DNA from: Squalus acanthias
Taxonomy: Eukaryota
DNA length: 64,000 nucleotides
Reading direction: 5' to 3'
NCBI GenBank assembly: GCA_030390025.1
Contig: CM059432.1
Location: 51,896,001 to 51,960,000 of the forward strand
Positions 1 through 11,307 of the stretch are shown in pieces. The position numbers were made by a program, and so were the translations under genes. The notes under the pieces are model-generated. The model saw nothing but the letters and a program-made list of their open reading frames with translations. It had not been told where the DNA came from and searched no databases. How positions within the stretch are numbered: position 1 is the stretch's first letter; each line of letters opens with the position of its first letter.

Positions 1-419
1 ATTGGGCTTGTGGCGAGATCCAATGGAATAATTTTCAAAAAGTTATAATTTAGTACAGACAATCAAAATGTAATTCTGATTTACAGTTAGTTTATGAGAG
101 GAACTATACTAAAGCATGCCTCAATCCATTGATTCATGACTTGGTCTGAGTCACAATCTGGTTAAGACGTGGTAAGTGCCAGTCCAGCAAAGGCTATGAC
201 TGTCATTGCACTGTTTGCGTACTACGATCATGAAGCCTGACTATTTTATCTGTTCAAATTCTATACATTTACTGGTTTGAATCCCTGACGGAACTTATAA
301 CTCAGCTGCCCTAATTTGAAAAATACTAATGTTTCAATAACATTTGAGATATCATTGATTTCTGTCAAGAAACTAAATTGCTTCAAATAAGAGTGGAAAT
401 CACTTTCAAAAGTATTTTC

Positions 420-609
420 TCATTGTCTTGGCTGTGCTCTTAGTGTGTCTTTGATGTAGGGAAAGATTTGAATACATTTTTTCTGTGTCTATATTGTGAA
501 TTCTGGGAGATTCTCTCACAGCTACTCTACCTGAGGAAGGGGCGACAGCTCCGAAAGCTTGTAATTTTAAATAAATCTGTTGGACTATAACCTGGTGTTG
601 TGCGACTTC
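420..609 (+). mobile_element. Penelope-like element terminal fragment with hammerhead-like core
   Basis: CTGAGGA-A-GGGGC-gaca-GCTCC-GAAAGCTT at 531-560, then AATAAA..GTTGGACTATAACCTGGTGTTGTG. Flanked by a 14-bp direct repeat TCAAAAGTATTTTC (406-419, 610-623). Confidence 0.65.
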
Positions 610-1744
610 TCAAAAGTATTTTCAGCAGTGGTGTATTCCTTAAACAATACATACAGTGTAAACTATTTATTATTATGGCTCCATCCAATCTAATGGTTAT
701 CTATATTACTCAGTTCCTGTCTCTAACAGGCACTTTTCCCCAGTACTGACCTCAATTTATTCTAATGGAAAAAAACTTGGGATAAGCTCGGTATAAGCCG
801 TTAAACCTACTTATTAATAATAGCTTTATTAAGGCAAAAGGTTTCTGTTACTGAGGAGTTGGGTTGCCTTAGATGGCCTTAATTTTGTATTTAGTTGTTA
901 TTAATCCAAGCTCCTCTTGCTTTCTTCAGAACAACCTGATAAATTAACGGATGAATTCCAAGCAGCTGCTTCATTCACGTTAACATATGACTAGACTGGA
1001 AAGCAAGTTGCTAAAAGCTTTGAACTGAATTCAATTTTGTCAACAGATTTCATTTTAAAATGCTAAATACATGCTGCAGTGTATGCGTCACTTCCAGTCT
1101 CTGACAGAGATTAATTATGTTCATTTTACATAATCCATCTCTTGAGGTTTTTGTCTTGCTGTTTATTTTAAATTTCTAATATTGTATTAGTGTTTATTTT
1201 TGAATTAGTAATTTGAATTATTAATTTTAACTATTAGGAGATTGACATTTGCATTGAGTTTTCAAACTGAAAGTGATGACATTCTCCGGAACAAAATCTC
1301 AGAATAGAAAATATTCAATTGAATGAAGACTAATTAAATGCTATTGCCTTGCGTCAATAGTGGCAAAGAGTGAATGAGTAAGATGACTAAAATTATTGTC
1401 GCTCTTAAAAATCCGCCTTCATTTTTGATGTTCACCCATTCGGATCTTATTCGATTAATGATGACTTACATTGGAAACTAAAATAAGACACAACAATACT
1501 GGAGGCTGCTTTTCATGCACCTTGTGATGAAGGATAATGGGTCAAGATTTAAGGTAGCTGCTTCCCTCATTTATAAATCATTTTCACTCACCTCATTAAG
1601 TCCTTCATTTAAAAACACCACACACCATTCGCTCAGCGAGAACAGCCAATGGGTAAGAATGCAACACGTTAACTTGCCTTCTGTTGATTGTTTCCTTCTT
1701 CCTTTCCTCTAAGAAAGTAAGGATTCTGGTGAATCTGTGAACAT

Positions 1745-2260
1745 TTGCGATCGGAGGCTTCCTGCGGGCGGATGCCTCTGACCTGTAAAATATCTACACA
1801 TTTACCTGGTGGCCCGGGAGATCTTGCGATCCTGGGCCTCTCCGGATACGCGCGGGCAAAGGCCTCCGTATCCCAGGGGCGCAGGCGGTTCGCAAGCGCC
1901 CCTGGGATCACGTGGGCCGGCCCAACCAATAAAAGAAGGGAATCCCCATTCCTATTTATGGGAGTTCCGTACGTACGGAAACCCCATAAGTAGGAATGGG
2001 GATTACTTAAAAAATACACAAACACATTTTAAAAAATTAAAAAATAAAAATTACATATTTAAAATTAATTAAAATGCCATTTAATTAAATATTTTAAACA
2101 AAAATTTAATGTTTTGGAAAAAAAATGATATGTTTTAACAGGGCTAAAAATAAAATTACCTTATTGGACAGGGCTTTTAATGTATAAATGAGTGATAACA
2201 TTTTATTTTTCTATTTTTTAAAACTCTTATGCTGGTAAAAGCAGGCCTTACGCCGTTTCA
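1745..2260 (-). mobile_element. Partial Harbinger-type MITE, relative of 12997-13760
   Basis: Reverse complement shares GGCCCACGTGATCCCAGGGG and GAGGCCCAGGA with 13571-13660. Has a 64-bp palindrome at 1941-2004 and an AT-rich segment. Ends not resolved. Confidence 0.6.
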
Positions 2261-2999
2261 TTTCCAATAACCTGAGAACATATTGAAGTGGCGGCTGAGC
2301 GTAACTAAATGTATATTTTGATACAAAATGCAGATGGTACATATTTGATTGTACATTGAGATTAGTTTGTTTAGTGCTGCTGGCTACTTTTGCTCTTGGT
2401 GCATTGCACTGCAGCTGTCCCCGTCTACTCATTGCCCTATTTCAATTTCTTCTATTTAGCTAATAGTTCAATCATCAATTTGAACACAGAAGCACATGGG
2501 AAGAAAAGAACCACAAATAAGCAGAAAAGAACAAGGAGTCGGGGAACCCGGGCAAAGGTAATTAGGTTTTCACTACTAGAGGAGGGCTGATTAAAAAATG
2601 TAAAATATGTTTAGAAATTGAAATTACTGTTATGCTGCTAAAAATTCAATCTATGTGTGAAAATCAAAATGCTAGTAAAATCTGAATTAAAAAACAGTAA
2701 AATTACTATGATACTTCACTGCCTAAAGCATGCTTTTTATGTGGATCTAGCTCAACCAGTGGCCTTTCACAGATTGGATTGTATTAAGACATCCAGAGCC
2801 CCGTACTGGACCTTAATATAATTATAGTATCAGCATAGTGACATCTGAGCAGCGCTGAATAAAATGTAAAAAATGCAGCACACCTCCTTTTACTGTTTAT
2901 TAGATTACGGCATACCATGTACCAGGTAATGGGCACCGTACACGTGGGTACACCTTTTAAAAGGAAATATTTGCTCAGACAATGAAGGTATTTGTCTTC

Positions 3000-3536
3000 T
3001 GCCTACCACCCCATTCATGCTGGAAAATGGGATGGTACGCAGACTCATTTTTTTTTAAGCCTACCACCCACTGGTCCCCCAAGGCCCACGCAACTAGGTT
3101 TTTGAACTGAATGTTGAACAGCTGAATTAACGATCCTTAAAGGGACCCAAACACTTAAAAAAAAAAGAAGCCTGTGATGTTGATTTTTGTGGGACCACAG
3201 TCAGCAGGAATCCTGCTGACCCCACAAAATAGTTCTGCTCCACTGCCAGTCCCTCCGTGCTTCCTCCCTCCCACCCTCCACTCCCCGCCGGGATGACTTC
3301 CCCCGCTTTATGAACCGGGTTCCTGCTTAGCAGAGGTACTGCTGGATTTCCCACTCCCCCCTTCTCTAATCAGTGAGCTGCTTGTCAGCTTTTTGAGCGC
3401 TGGCACCTCACCGAAATCTGCAGATGAGGCCCATCCATTAATATGTTTCAGGCCACCCACTGGTGCCGTTGGGTGAGCCTAGCGGACTCCCATTCACCAC
3501 CCACCTGATTTACACCACAGTTTAAAATCGCCCCCT
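3000..3536. mobile_element. Degraded GC-rich MITE-like element (probably Harbinger-derived)
   Basis: GC-rich island ending TTAAAATCGCCCC. Contains CCTTAAAGGGACC, as in other Harbinger-type elements here. Confidence 0.35.
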
Positions 3537-5206
3537 CTGATTCATTTTCCACTTGACTGAATGGAAAAACAGTTGGTTTTCATGAACAGTACAGTTTGTG
3601 CACTGAAGCAATTCTAAGCAAATTTATTTCAGTACTTTAGACAAAATCAATAGTCAGAGTCTCATTTGTATGTAGTACGTCAAGCACTAAGATTCTATCT
3701 GATGGGTGCTAATTAGTGTTTTCATAAACAGAAAAAGATAATGCTAGCATGGTTTAGAATATCTTGAGGTGAATGTTGCAAGGCTCATGCTACGGTCAGC
3801 GTCTCATACATAGCCAGTGTATATTGCTCACCATTTTCCAACATGTATTCGCTGTGTGTGAGGTTGTGTTGCTAGCATGGGCCGAACAAAATTTACCCTC
3901 TTGTGTAAATTCCTGTCATGCTCAGCCAGAGCCTAAATCCAAACGTCAATTTTAAACTCCTTAATCACATTTCTTTTAAAATTGAGAAACCAGGTGAAAG
4001 GACATAGCCTATAATGTACAACATTTGGAATGTTCAGGTAAATTCACTATTCCCACGTTTCCAGCAGGGAGCTCGCTGCAAGTGAAGGGAGCATGGATCA
4101 GAGATAGGAGTACAACACTGTAGCGCCAATTCTGTGGCCCATGCTCTCTTTGAGTACAACTTCCCACTGGGAACATGAGATTAGTGGATTTATCCATATG
4201 CGTGCAGATTGGACAGCCTACCTTCAAAAGTACATGAATGTGTTTGGAGAGTTCAGAGAAGAGTGACAAGAGAGATTCCAGGTTTAGGGCTCTTATGAAA
4301 AGAATTTCAGTGAAGCGAAGACTGAAAGAGGAAATGGTCCTAGTTTTTAACATGCCGAGGAAGATGGATGATGTAGTTGCAGACAATTTATTTAACTTGG
4401 ACTGTGAGCTCAATGATAAAGGACATCAGCATAAAATTAACAAACCTGCAGCAGGATTTGAGATTAGAAAGATCAAGCGGAAGTTCTCCCTTTGTCTAAC
4501 ATGTTTTACACGGAAGCCAATATTTTAACTTACTGCCCTCCTTGTCCGCATATTCACTTCTAAATCAGCACAGAGCCAAGTTCAAGCTGCAATCATTCAT
4601 GTTTCCAAGCTTCTATGCCCTTTCCAGAGAAACATCTCAGTTTTTAATGTACTTGAGCTGCCACATCATGTGGTTCTCAAGCTCAGTCGAACTGGAGGGG
4701 TCCTGGTAGAGAGGGAGTTAATGAAGAGCTCCAAATCAGAAGACCCCGTTTTAACCCCCAGGATTAATGATAATTACGTGAATCAAGAAATGATTGTTCC
4801 GGTTTTGATGCTTTGAAAGGACAGCAGGGTTGATACCCAAATGAATGCCCAGGAAAGCATCCTGCCTTTCATCAGCAGGAGCTTTGGCACATAATGAGAT
4901 TTAATGGCAATAGGGGTTGAGTAATATGTTGTGAAAAAAAATGTAATTCCTTGAAGTATCTACATATAATTACACGTTGCAACCCTTGCTGTTTTATCAC
5001 TTACAGTATGCCTTGCCATATTATTTATTGCACATAAGAACATTTTTTTAAATAATGTTGGAATTTTATTTATTTATTTATTGCATTAAGAGTGAAGATG
5101 CAGGACATGCTAACTCTGTCGTGATTTATGCAATGACTTTTTCTTAAAGCTGTACTGTAGTTACTGTGGAAAATTCATTCAAACTTAAAATCTTGAAAAT
5201 TACACT

Positions 5207-5381
5207 GGAGTAGGTTTTGACTGTGCGATAGTGTGAAACGGATGAAAGCAAATCGGCAGCCCATTTACATCTCTCCCAATTTTTCTTTCCACAATGGAAA
5301 TAAAAATCAGAAAAGATGTAAAATGGGCTGCCAATTCGCTATCACTGTTTTACACTATTACACAAAGTCAAAATCTACCCC
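5207..5381. mobile_element. Short foldback (palindromic) MITE
   Basis: Whole unit is an imperfect inverted repeat (GGAGTAGGTTTTGACT...AGTCAAAATCTACCCC), flanks ACT/AAT. Partial relatives at about 39467-39560, 53085-53210, 55610-55705 and 62977-63100. Confidence 0.7.
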
Positions 5382-5383
5382 AA

Positions 5384-5550
5384 TGTGTGATATTATTGTA
5401 CAAACATTTAACACATTTGTATCAAATTCCTCTGAGAACTATTTTAACTGAGACATTATCCATTTGTTTTAAATGGGCTACTACCTCCATTAATAAAAGC
5501 AAAGAAAGTTGATACAAATGCATTAAGAGTTTGTATGATAATATTGCATA
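5384..5550. repeat. AT-rich inverted-repeat element (MITE-like)
   Basis: Imperfect inverted arms of about 45 bp (TGTGATATTATTGTACAAAC...ATTTGTATCAA / TTGATACAAATG...GTTTGTATGATAATATTGCA). Confidence 0.5.
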
Positions 5551-5576
5551 GTGTGATACCTAGGCTAAAAGTTGTG

Positions 5577-6150
5577 GGGGTAAAAATTGGGTTGCTTTGC
5601 GCAAAGCAACTAGCGCCCGGGCGCGGCGCCACCCACGCCTCCCGCAAAATTCAGCGGGAGGATAGCGGCGGTGCTAACCGGTAGCGCCCCCAGCGCTGCG
5701 CCGCCGGCGATGATGTTATCGCTGTGCGCAGTGCCTCGCTCGCGCCCCGGCCGCGATCTTCGGAGGCGCCCCCTGACTACCGCCGGACGCTATGTTCGAC
5801 GGGGTCAGGGGGGCCTACCTGCAGCTGGGGAGGCGCTATTTAAAGGCGAGGTGCGGGGCGGCCATTTTTGTTGCTGGCCACCTGCCAGCATCTGCCTGCG
5901 CTCCCATCCCTGGCCTCCTGGCCTGCTCCCCCCCCCCCGCCCCCGTGGAGTGCCAGTTGCGCTCCAAGAGCCCGGCACTTCCCTTGAGTGCCGGGCTCTT
6001 TTGCCAGCATTCCCTATCCCCGGGGGACCCAGCTGGGCACCGGGATCGCGCTGCGCAAGGCCCCTCCCCTTTAAGAAGGGGAGGAAGGCCTGCAATACTG
6101 CGGCACGTCGCGCCACGATATTGACTCGCAGCGCCCCAAGCGGGATGCGG
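5577..6150 (+). mobile_element. GC-rich Harbinger-type MITE family A, left part (split by CR1 insertion)
   Basis: Terminus GGGGTAAAAATTG. Collinear with 59605-60285 and with the reverse complement of 22319-23075. Continues at 11645. Confidence 0.8.
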
Positions 6151-7316
6151 ATTTGATGGAATCTGGAACTGTACCCATGGATTGGAGGGTAGCTAATGTT
6201 ACCCCACTATTCAAAAAGGGTGGTAGAGAGAAAGCGGGGAATTACAGACCGGTAAGCCTGACGTCGGTAGTGGGGAAAATGCTAGAGTCCATTATAAAGG
6301 ATGTAATAGCTGAGCACTTGAAAAACAGTGACAGGATCGGACAAAGTCAACATGGATTTACAAAAGGTAAATCATGCTGGACTAATCTACTGGAATCTTT
6401 TGAGGATGTAACTGAGAAAATAGATAAGGGAGAACCAGTAGATGTGGTGTATTTGGACTCAAAAGGCTTTCGATAAGGTCCCGCATAAGAGATTAGCGTG
6501 TAAAGTTAAGGCACATGGGATTGGGGGCAAGGCATTGACTTGGATAGAGAACTGGTTGGCGGACAGAAAGCAGAGAGTAGGAATTAATGGGTCTTTTTTC
6601 TGAGTGGCAAGCAGTGACTAGTGGGGTACTGCAGGGATCGGTCCTTGGACCCCAGCTATTCACAATATATATTAATGATCTAGATAAGGGAACTAAATGT
6701 AATATCTCCAAGTTTGCAGATGACACAAAGCTGGGTGGGAGTGTGTGCTGCGAGGAGGATACCGAGAAACTCCAGGATGATTTGGACAGGTTGGGTAAGT
6801 GGGCAGAAGCATGGCAGATGCAATATAACGTGAATAAATGCGAGGTTATCCACTTTGGTGTCAAAAACAGAAAGGCAGACTATTATCTGAATGGCAATAG
6901 ATTGGGAGAAGAGGAAGTGCAACGAGACCTGGGTGTCCTTGTGCACCAGTCGCTGAAGGTAAGCATGCAGGTGCAGCAGGCGGTGAAGAAGGCAAATGGT
7001 ATGTTGGCCTTCAGAGCGAAAGGGTTTGCGTATAGGAACAGGGATGTCCTGCTGCAGTTGTACAGGGCCTTGGTGAGACCACACCTTGAGTACTGTGTGC
7101 AGTTTTGGTCGCCTTATCTGAGGAAGGAGGTTCTTGCCATGGAAGGAGTTCAGCGAAGATTCACAAGGCTGATACCTGGGATGGCAGGAATGACATATGA
7201 GGAGAGATTGGGTCGATTGGGCTTATACTCGCTGGAGTATAGAAGAATGAGAGGGGATCTCATCGAAACATATAAAATTCTGACAGGTTTGGACAAACTA
7301 GATGCAGGAAGAATGT
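6151..7316 (+). mobile_element. 5'-truncated CR1 LINE (host copy), ORF2 RT region with frameshifts
   Basis: NYRPVSLTS, QHGF, GVLQGSVLGP, FADDTKL and RPHLEYCVQFW motifs. Breaks after DAGRM and resumes at 11308. Confidence 0.95.
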
Positions 7317-8222
7317 GCCATGTGGGAAACCAGGGACACTTCCAGTGTCCCTGACAACTACGTGTGCGGGAAGTGTGTCCAGCTGCAGCTCCTGACAGCC
7401 CGCATGGCGGTGCTGGAGCTGCGGGTGGACTCACTCTGGAGCATGCACGATGCCGAGAACTCGGTGAATCGCTCATTTAGTGAGTTGTCCACACCGCAGG
7501 TAAAGGCTAGGACAGACAGTGTATGGGTGACCAAGAAGCAGGGCAATATCAGGAAGGTAGTGCAGGAGTCTCCTGTGGTCATCTCCCTCCAAAACAGGTA
7601 TGCCGCTTTGGATACTGTTGGGGGAGATGGCCTACCAGGGGAAGGCACCAGCAGCCAGGTTCAAGGCACCATGGCTGGCTCTGCTGCACAGCAGGGCGGG
7701 AAAAAGAGTGGTAGGGCTATAGTGATAGGGGACTCAATTGTAAGGGGAATAGACAGGAGTTTCTGTGGCCGTAACCGAGATTCCAGGATGGTATGTTGCC
7801 TCCCTGGTGCAAGGGTCAAGGATGTCTCGGAGTGGCTGCAGAACATTCTGAAGAGGGAGGGTGAACAGCCAGCTGTCGTGGTGCATGTAGGTACCAACGA
7901 TATAGGTAAAAAGCGGGAAGAGGTCCTACAAGCAGAATTTAGGGAGCTAGGAGCTAAATTAAAAAGTAGGACCTCTAAGGTAGTAATCTCTGGATTGCTA
8001 CCAGGGCCACGAGCTAATCAGAATAGAGAGAACAGGATAGTGAGATTGAATACGTGGCTTGAGCAGTGGTGCAGGAGGGAGGGATTCAAATTCCTGAGGC
8101 ATTGGAACCAGTTCTGGGGGAAGTGGGACCTGTACAAAAGGGACGGTCTGCACTTGGGCAGGACTGGAACCGATGTCCTCGGGGTAATATTTGCTAAAGC
8201 AGTTCGGGAGGATTTAAACTAA
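7302..8222 (+). CDS. CR1 ORF1 protein: partial Cys-rich N-terminus, coiled coil, SGNH/GDSL esterase domain (first 5 codons come from the host CR1)
   Basis: GDSIVRG, VHVGTND and DGLHL blocks. CGKC followed by heptad-like LQLLTARMAVLELRVDSL. Confidence 0.9.
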   Translation: MQEECAMWETRDTSSVPDNYVCGKCVQLQLLTARMAVLELRVDSLWSMHDAENSVNRSFSELSTPQVKARTDSVWVTKKQGNIRKVVQESPVVISLQNRYAALDTVGGDGLPGEGTSSQVQGTMAGSAAQQGGKKSGRAIVIGDSIVRGIDRSFCGRNRDSRMVCCLPGARVKDVSEWLQNILKREGEQPAVVVHVGTNDIGKKREEVLQAEFRELGAKLKSRTSKVVISGLLPGPRANQNRENRIVRLNTWLEQWCRREGFKFLRHWNQFWGKWDLYKRDGLHLGRTGTDVLGVIFAKAVREDLN

Positions 8223-11200
8223 TATGGCAGGGGAAGGGGAACCTATGTAGTGAAACAGGGGGAAGTAATATGCAGTCAGAAACAAATGTTAGAAGGGTGA
8301 GAAACAATAGGGGAAGGCCGAGTAAACAAAGGCAAGAAACACAAAGGGCCATACTAAATCATAAGTCTAAAAGGACAAAGGATGTTAATAAAACAAGCCT
8401 AAAGGCTCTGTGTCTTAATGCAAGGAGTATCCGTAATAAGGTGGATGAATTGACTGTGCAAATAGATGTTAACGGATACAATGTGATTGGGATTACAGAG
8501 ACGTGGCTCCAGAACAATCAAGGCTGGGAACTGAACATCCAGGGGTATTCAACATTCAGAAAGGATAGAATAAAAGGAAAAGGGGGTGGGGTAGCATTGC
8601 TGGTTAAAGAGGAGATTAATGCAATAGCTAGGAAGGACATCAGCTTGGAGGATGTGGAATCAATATGGGTTGAGCTGCAGAACACCAAAGGGCAGAAAAC
8701 GTTAGTGGGAGTTGTGTACAGACCTCCAAACAGCAGTGGTGAGGTGGGGGAGGGTATGAAACAGGAAATCAGAGGTGCGTGCAAAAAAGGCACGGCAGTT
8801 ATCATGGGTGACTTTAATATGCATATAGATTGGGCTACTCAAACTGGAAGCAATACGGTGGAGGAGGATTTCCTGGAGTGTTTAAGGGATGGTTTCCTAA
8901 ACCAATATGTTGAGGAACCAACTCGAGGGGAGGCCATCCTGGACTGGGTGTTGTGTAATGAGGAAGGACTAATCAGCAATCTTGTGGTACGAGGCCCCCT
9001 GGGGAAGAGTGACCATAGTATGGTGGAGTTCTACATTAGGATGGAGAAGGAAACAGTTAAGTCAGAGACCATGGTCCATTACTTAAATAAGGGCAACTTT
9101 GATGGTATGAGGCGTGAATTGGCGAGGTTAAATTGGCAAGCGATATTTAAGGGGCTATCAGTGGAAGGGCAATGGCAGACATTTAGAGATCGCATGGATG
9201 AACTACAACAATTGTACATCCCGGTCTGGCGTAAAAATAAAAAAGGGATGGTGGCTCAACCATGGCTAACAAGGGAAATCAGGGATAGTATTAAAACCAA
9301 GGAAGTTGCATACAAATTGGCCAGAAGTAGCAGCAAACCCGGGGACTGGGAGAACTTCAAAACTCAGCAAAGGAGGACGAAGGGTTTGATTAGGGCAGGG
9401 AAAATAAAATATGAAAGGAAGCTTGCAGAGAACATTAAAATGGACTGCAAAAGCTTCTATAAATATGTAAAAAGAAAGAGGTTAGTAAAAACAAACGTAG
9501 GTCCCCTGCAGTCGGAAACAGGGCAAGTCGTAATGGGGAACAAGGAAATGGCAGATCAATTGAACAAGTACTTTGGTTCGGTGTTTACTGTGGAGGACAC
9601 ACACAACCTGCCGGAAATAAAAGGGGTCAGAGGATCCGGTAAGAGGGAGGAGCTGAGGGAAATCCTTATTAGTCGGGAAAAGGTATTGGGGAAATTGATG
9701 GGACTGAAGGCTGAAAAATCCCCGGGGCCTGATGGTCTGCATCCCAGAGTACTTAAGGAGGTGGCCTTGGAAATAGTGGATGCATTGACGATCATTTTCC
9801 AACATTCCTTAGACTCTGGATCAGTTCCGATGGAGTGGAGGGTGGCCAATGTAACCCCTCTTTTTAAAAAAGGAGGGAGGGAGAAAGCAGGGAATTATAG
9901 ACCGGTCAGCCTGACATCGGTCGTGGGTAAAATGATGGAAGCAATTATTAAAGATGTCATAACAGACCATTTGGAAAGTGGCGACATGATAGGTCCAAGT
10001 CAGCATGGATTTGTGAAAGGGAAATCATGCTTGACAAATCTTCTGGAATTTTTTGAGGATGTTTCCAATAGGGTGGACAGGGGGGAACCAGTAGATGTGG
10101 TGTATTTGGACTTTCAGAAGGCCTTCGACAAGGTCCCACACAAGAGATTGGTGAGCAAAGTTAAAGCACATGGGATTGGGGGTAATGTGTTGACGTGGAT
10201 TGAGAACTGGTTGGCACACAGGAAACAAAGAGTAGGAGTAAATGGGTACTTTTCAGAATGGCAGGCAGTGACCAGCGGGGTACCGCAGGGTTCGGTGCTG
10301 GGACCCCAGCTGTTTACATTATATATTAATGATTTGGACGAAGGGATTAAATGTAATATCTCCAAATTTGCGGATGACACTAAATTGGGAGGCAGTGTGA
10401 ACAATGAGGAGGATGCTAGGAGGCTACAGAGTGACTTGGACAGGTTGGGTGAATGGGCAAATGTATGGCAGATGAAGTACAATGTGGATAAATGTGAGGT
10501 TATCCACTTTGGTGGTAAAAATAGAGAGGCGGACTATTACCTGAATGGTGGCAGATTAGGGAAAGGGGAGGTGCAACGAGACCTGGGCGTCATGGTACAT
10601 CAGTCACTGAAGGTGGGAATGCAAGTGCAGCAGGCAGTCAAGAAAGCAAACGGAATGATGGCCTTCATAGTAAGGGGATTTGAGTACAGGAGTAGGGAGG
10701 TGATGCTGCAGTTGTACAGGGCCTTGGTGAGGCCACACCTGGAGTATTGTGCGCAGTTTTGGTCTCCTAACTTAAGGAAGGACATTCTTGCTATTGAGGG
10801 AGTGCAGCGAAGGTTCACTAGATTGATTCCTGGGATGGCCGGACTGACATATCAAGAAAGATTGGGTCAACTGAACTTGTATCCTCTGGAGTTCAGAAGA
10901 ATGAGGGGGGATCTTATAGAGACATTTAAAATCCTGACTGGTTTAGACAAATTAGATGCGGGCAGAATGTTCCCAATGTTAGGGAAAACTAGAACCAGGG
11001 GTCACAGTCTAAGGATTAAGGGGAAGCCATTTAAGACTGAGCTGAGGAGGAACTTCTTCACCCAGAGAGTGGTGAATCTATGGAATTCTCTTCCACAGAA
11101 GGTTGTTGAGGCCAGTTCGCTAAATATATTCAAAAGGGAGTTAGATATAACACTCACAACTAGGGGGATCAAGGGGTATGGCGAGAAAGCAGGAATGGGG

Positions 11201-11307
11201 TACTGAGGTAGCATGTTCAGCCATGAACGCATTGAATGGCGGTGCAGGCTCGAAGGACCGAATGGTCTACTCCTGTACCTATTTTCTATGTTTCTATGTT
11301 TCTATGT
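7317..11307 (+). mobile_element. Young, near full-length CR1 LINE nested in an older CR1
   Basis: ORF1 (5'-truncated), intact ORF2, 3' UTR and (TTTCTATG)n tail. ATGT at both junctions (7313-7316, 11304-11307). Confidence 0.95.
8270..11206 (+). CDS. CR1 ORF2: APE endonuclease plus reverse transcriptase, uninterrupted 978 aa (frame is also open upstream through 8213)
   Basis: LNARS, GITETW, VYRPP, GDFN, LDWV, SDH (APE); GPDG, YRPVSLTS, DFQKAFDKV, GVPQGSVLGP, FADD (RT). Confidence 0.97.
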   Translation: MQSETNVRRVRNNRGRPSKQRQETQRAILNHKSKRTKDVNKTSLKALCLNARSIRNKVDELTVQIDVNGYNVIGITETWLQNNQGWELNIQGYSTFRKDRIKGKGGGVALLVKEEINAIARKDISLEDVESIWVELQNTKGQKTLVGVVYRPPNSSGEVGEGMKQEIRGACKKGTAVIMGDFNMHIDWATQTGSNTVEEDFLECLRDGFLNQYVEEPTRGEAILDWVLCNEEGLISNLVVRGPLGKSDHSMVEFYIRMEKETVKSETMVHYLNKGNFDGMRRELARLNWQAIFKGLSVEGQWQTFRDRMDELQQLYIPVWRKNKKGMVAQPWLTREIRDSIKTKEVAYKLARSSSKPGDWENFKTQQRRTKGLIRAGKIKYERKLAENIKMDCKSFYKYVKRKRLVKTNVGPLQSETGQVVMGNKEMADQLNKYFGSVFTVEDTHNLPEIKGVRGSGKREELREILISREKVLGKLMGLKAEKSPGPDGLHPRVLKEVALEIVDALTIIFQHSLDSGSVPMEWRVANVTPLFKKGGREKAGNYRPVSLTSVVGKMMEAIIKDVITDHLESGDMIGPSQHGFVKGKSCLTNLLEFFEDVSNRVDRGEPVDVVYLDFQKAFDKVPHKRLVSKVKAHGIGGNVLTWIENWLAHRKQRVGVNGYFSEWQAVTSGVPQGSVLGPQLFTLYINDLDEGIKCNISKFADDTKLGGSVNNEEDARRLQSDLDRLGEWANVWQMKYNVDKCEVIHFGGKNREADYYLNGGRLGKGEVQRDLGVMVHQSLKVGMQVQQAVKKANGMMAFIVRGFEYRSREVMLQLYRALVRPHLEYCAQFWSPNLRKDILAIEGVQRRFTRLIPGMAGLTYQERLGQLNLYPLEFRRMRGDLIETFKILTGLDKLDAGRMFPMLGKTRTRGHSLRIKGKPFKTELRRNFFTQRVVNLWNSLPQKVVEASSLNIFKRELDITLTTRGIKGYGEKAGMGY

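Noticed and set aside
5671..6156. 100-190 aa ORFs in GC-rich segments (also 22199-22793, 37307-37740, 59677-60210) that resemble each other
   Set aside because: They lie within copies of the same GC-rich MITE, where stop codons are rare. Frames are not consistently preserved between copies and no domain is recognisable.
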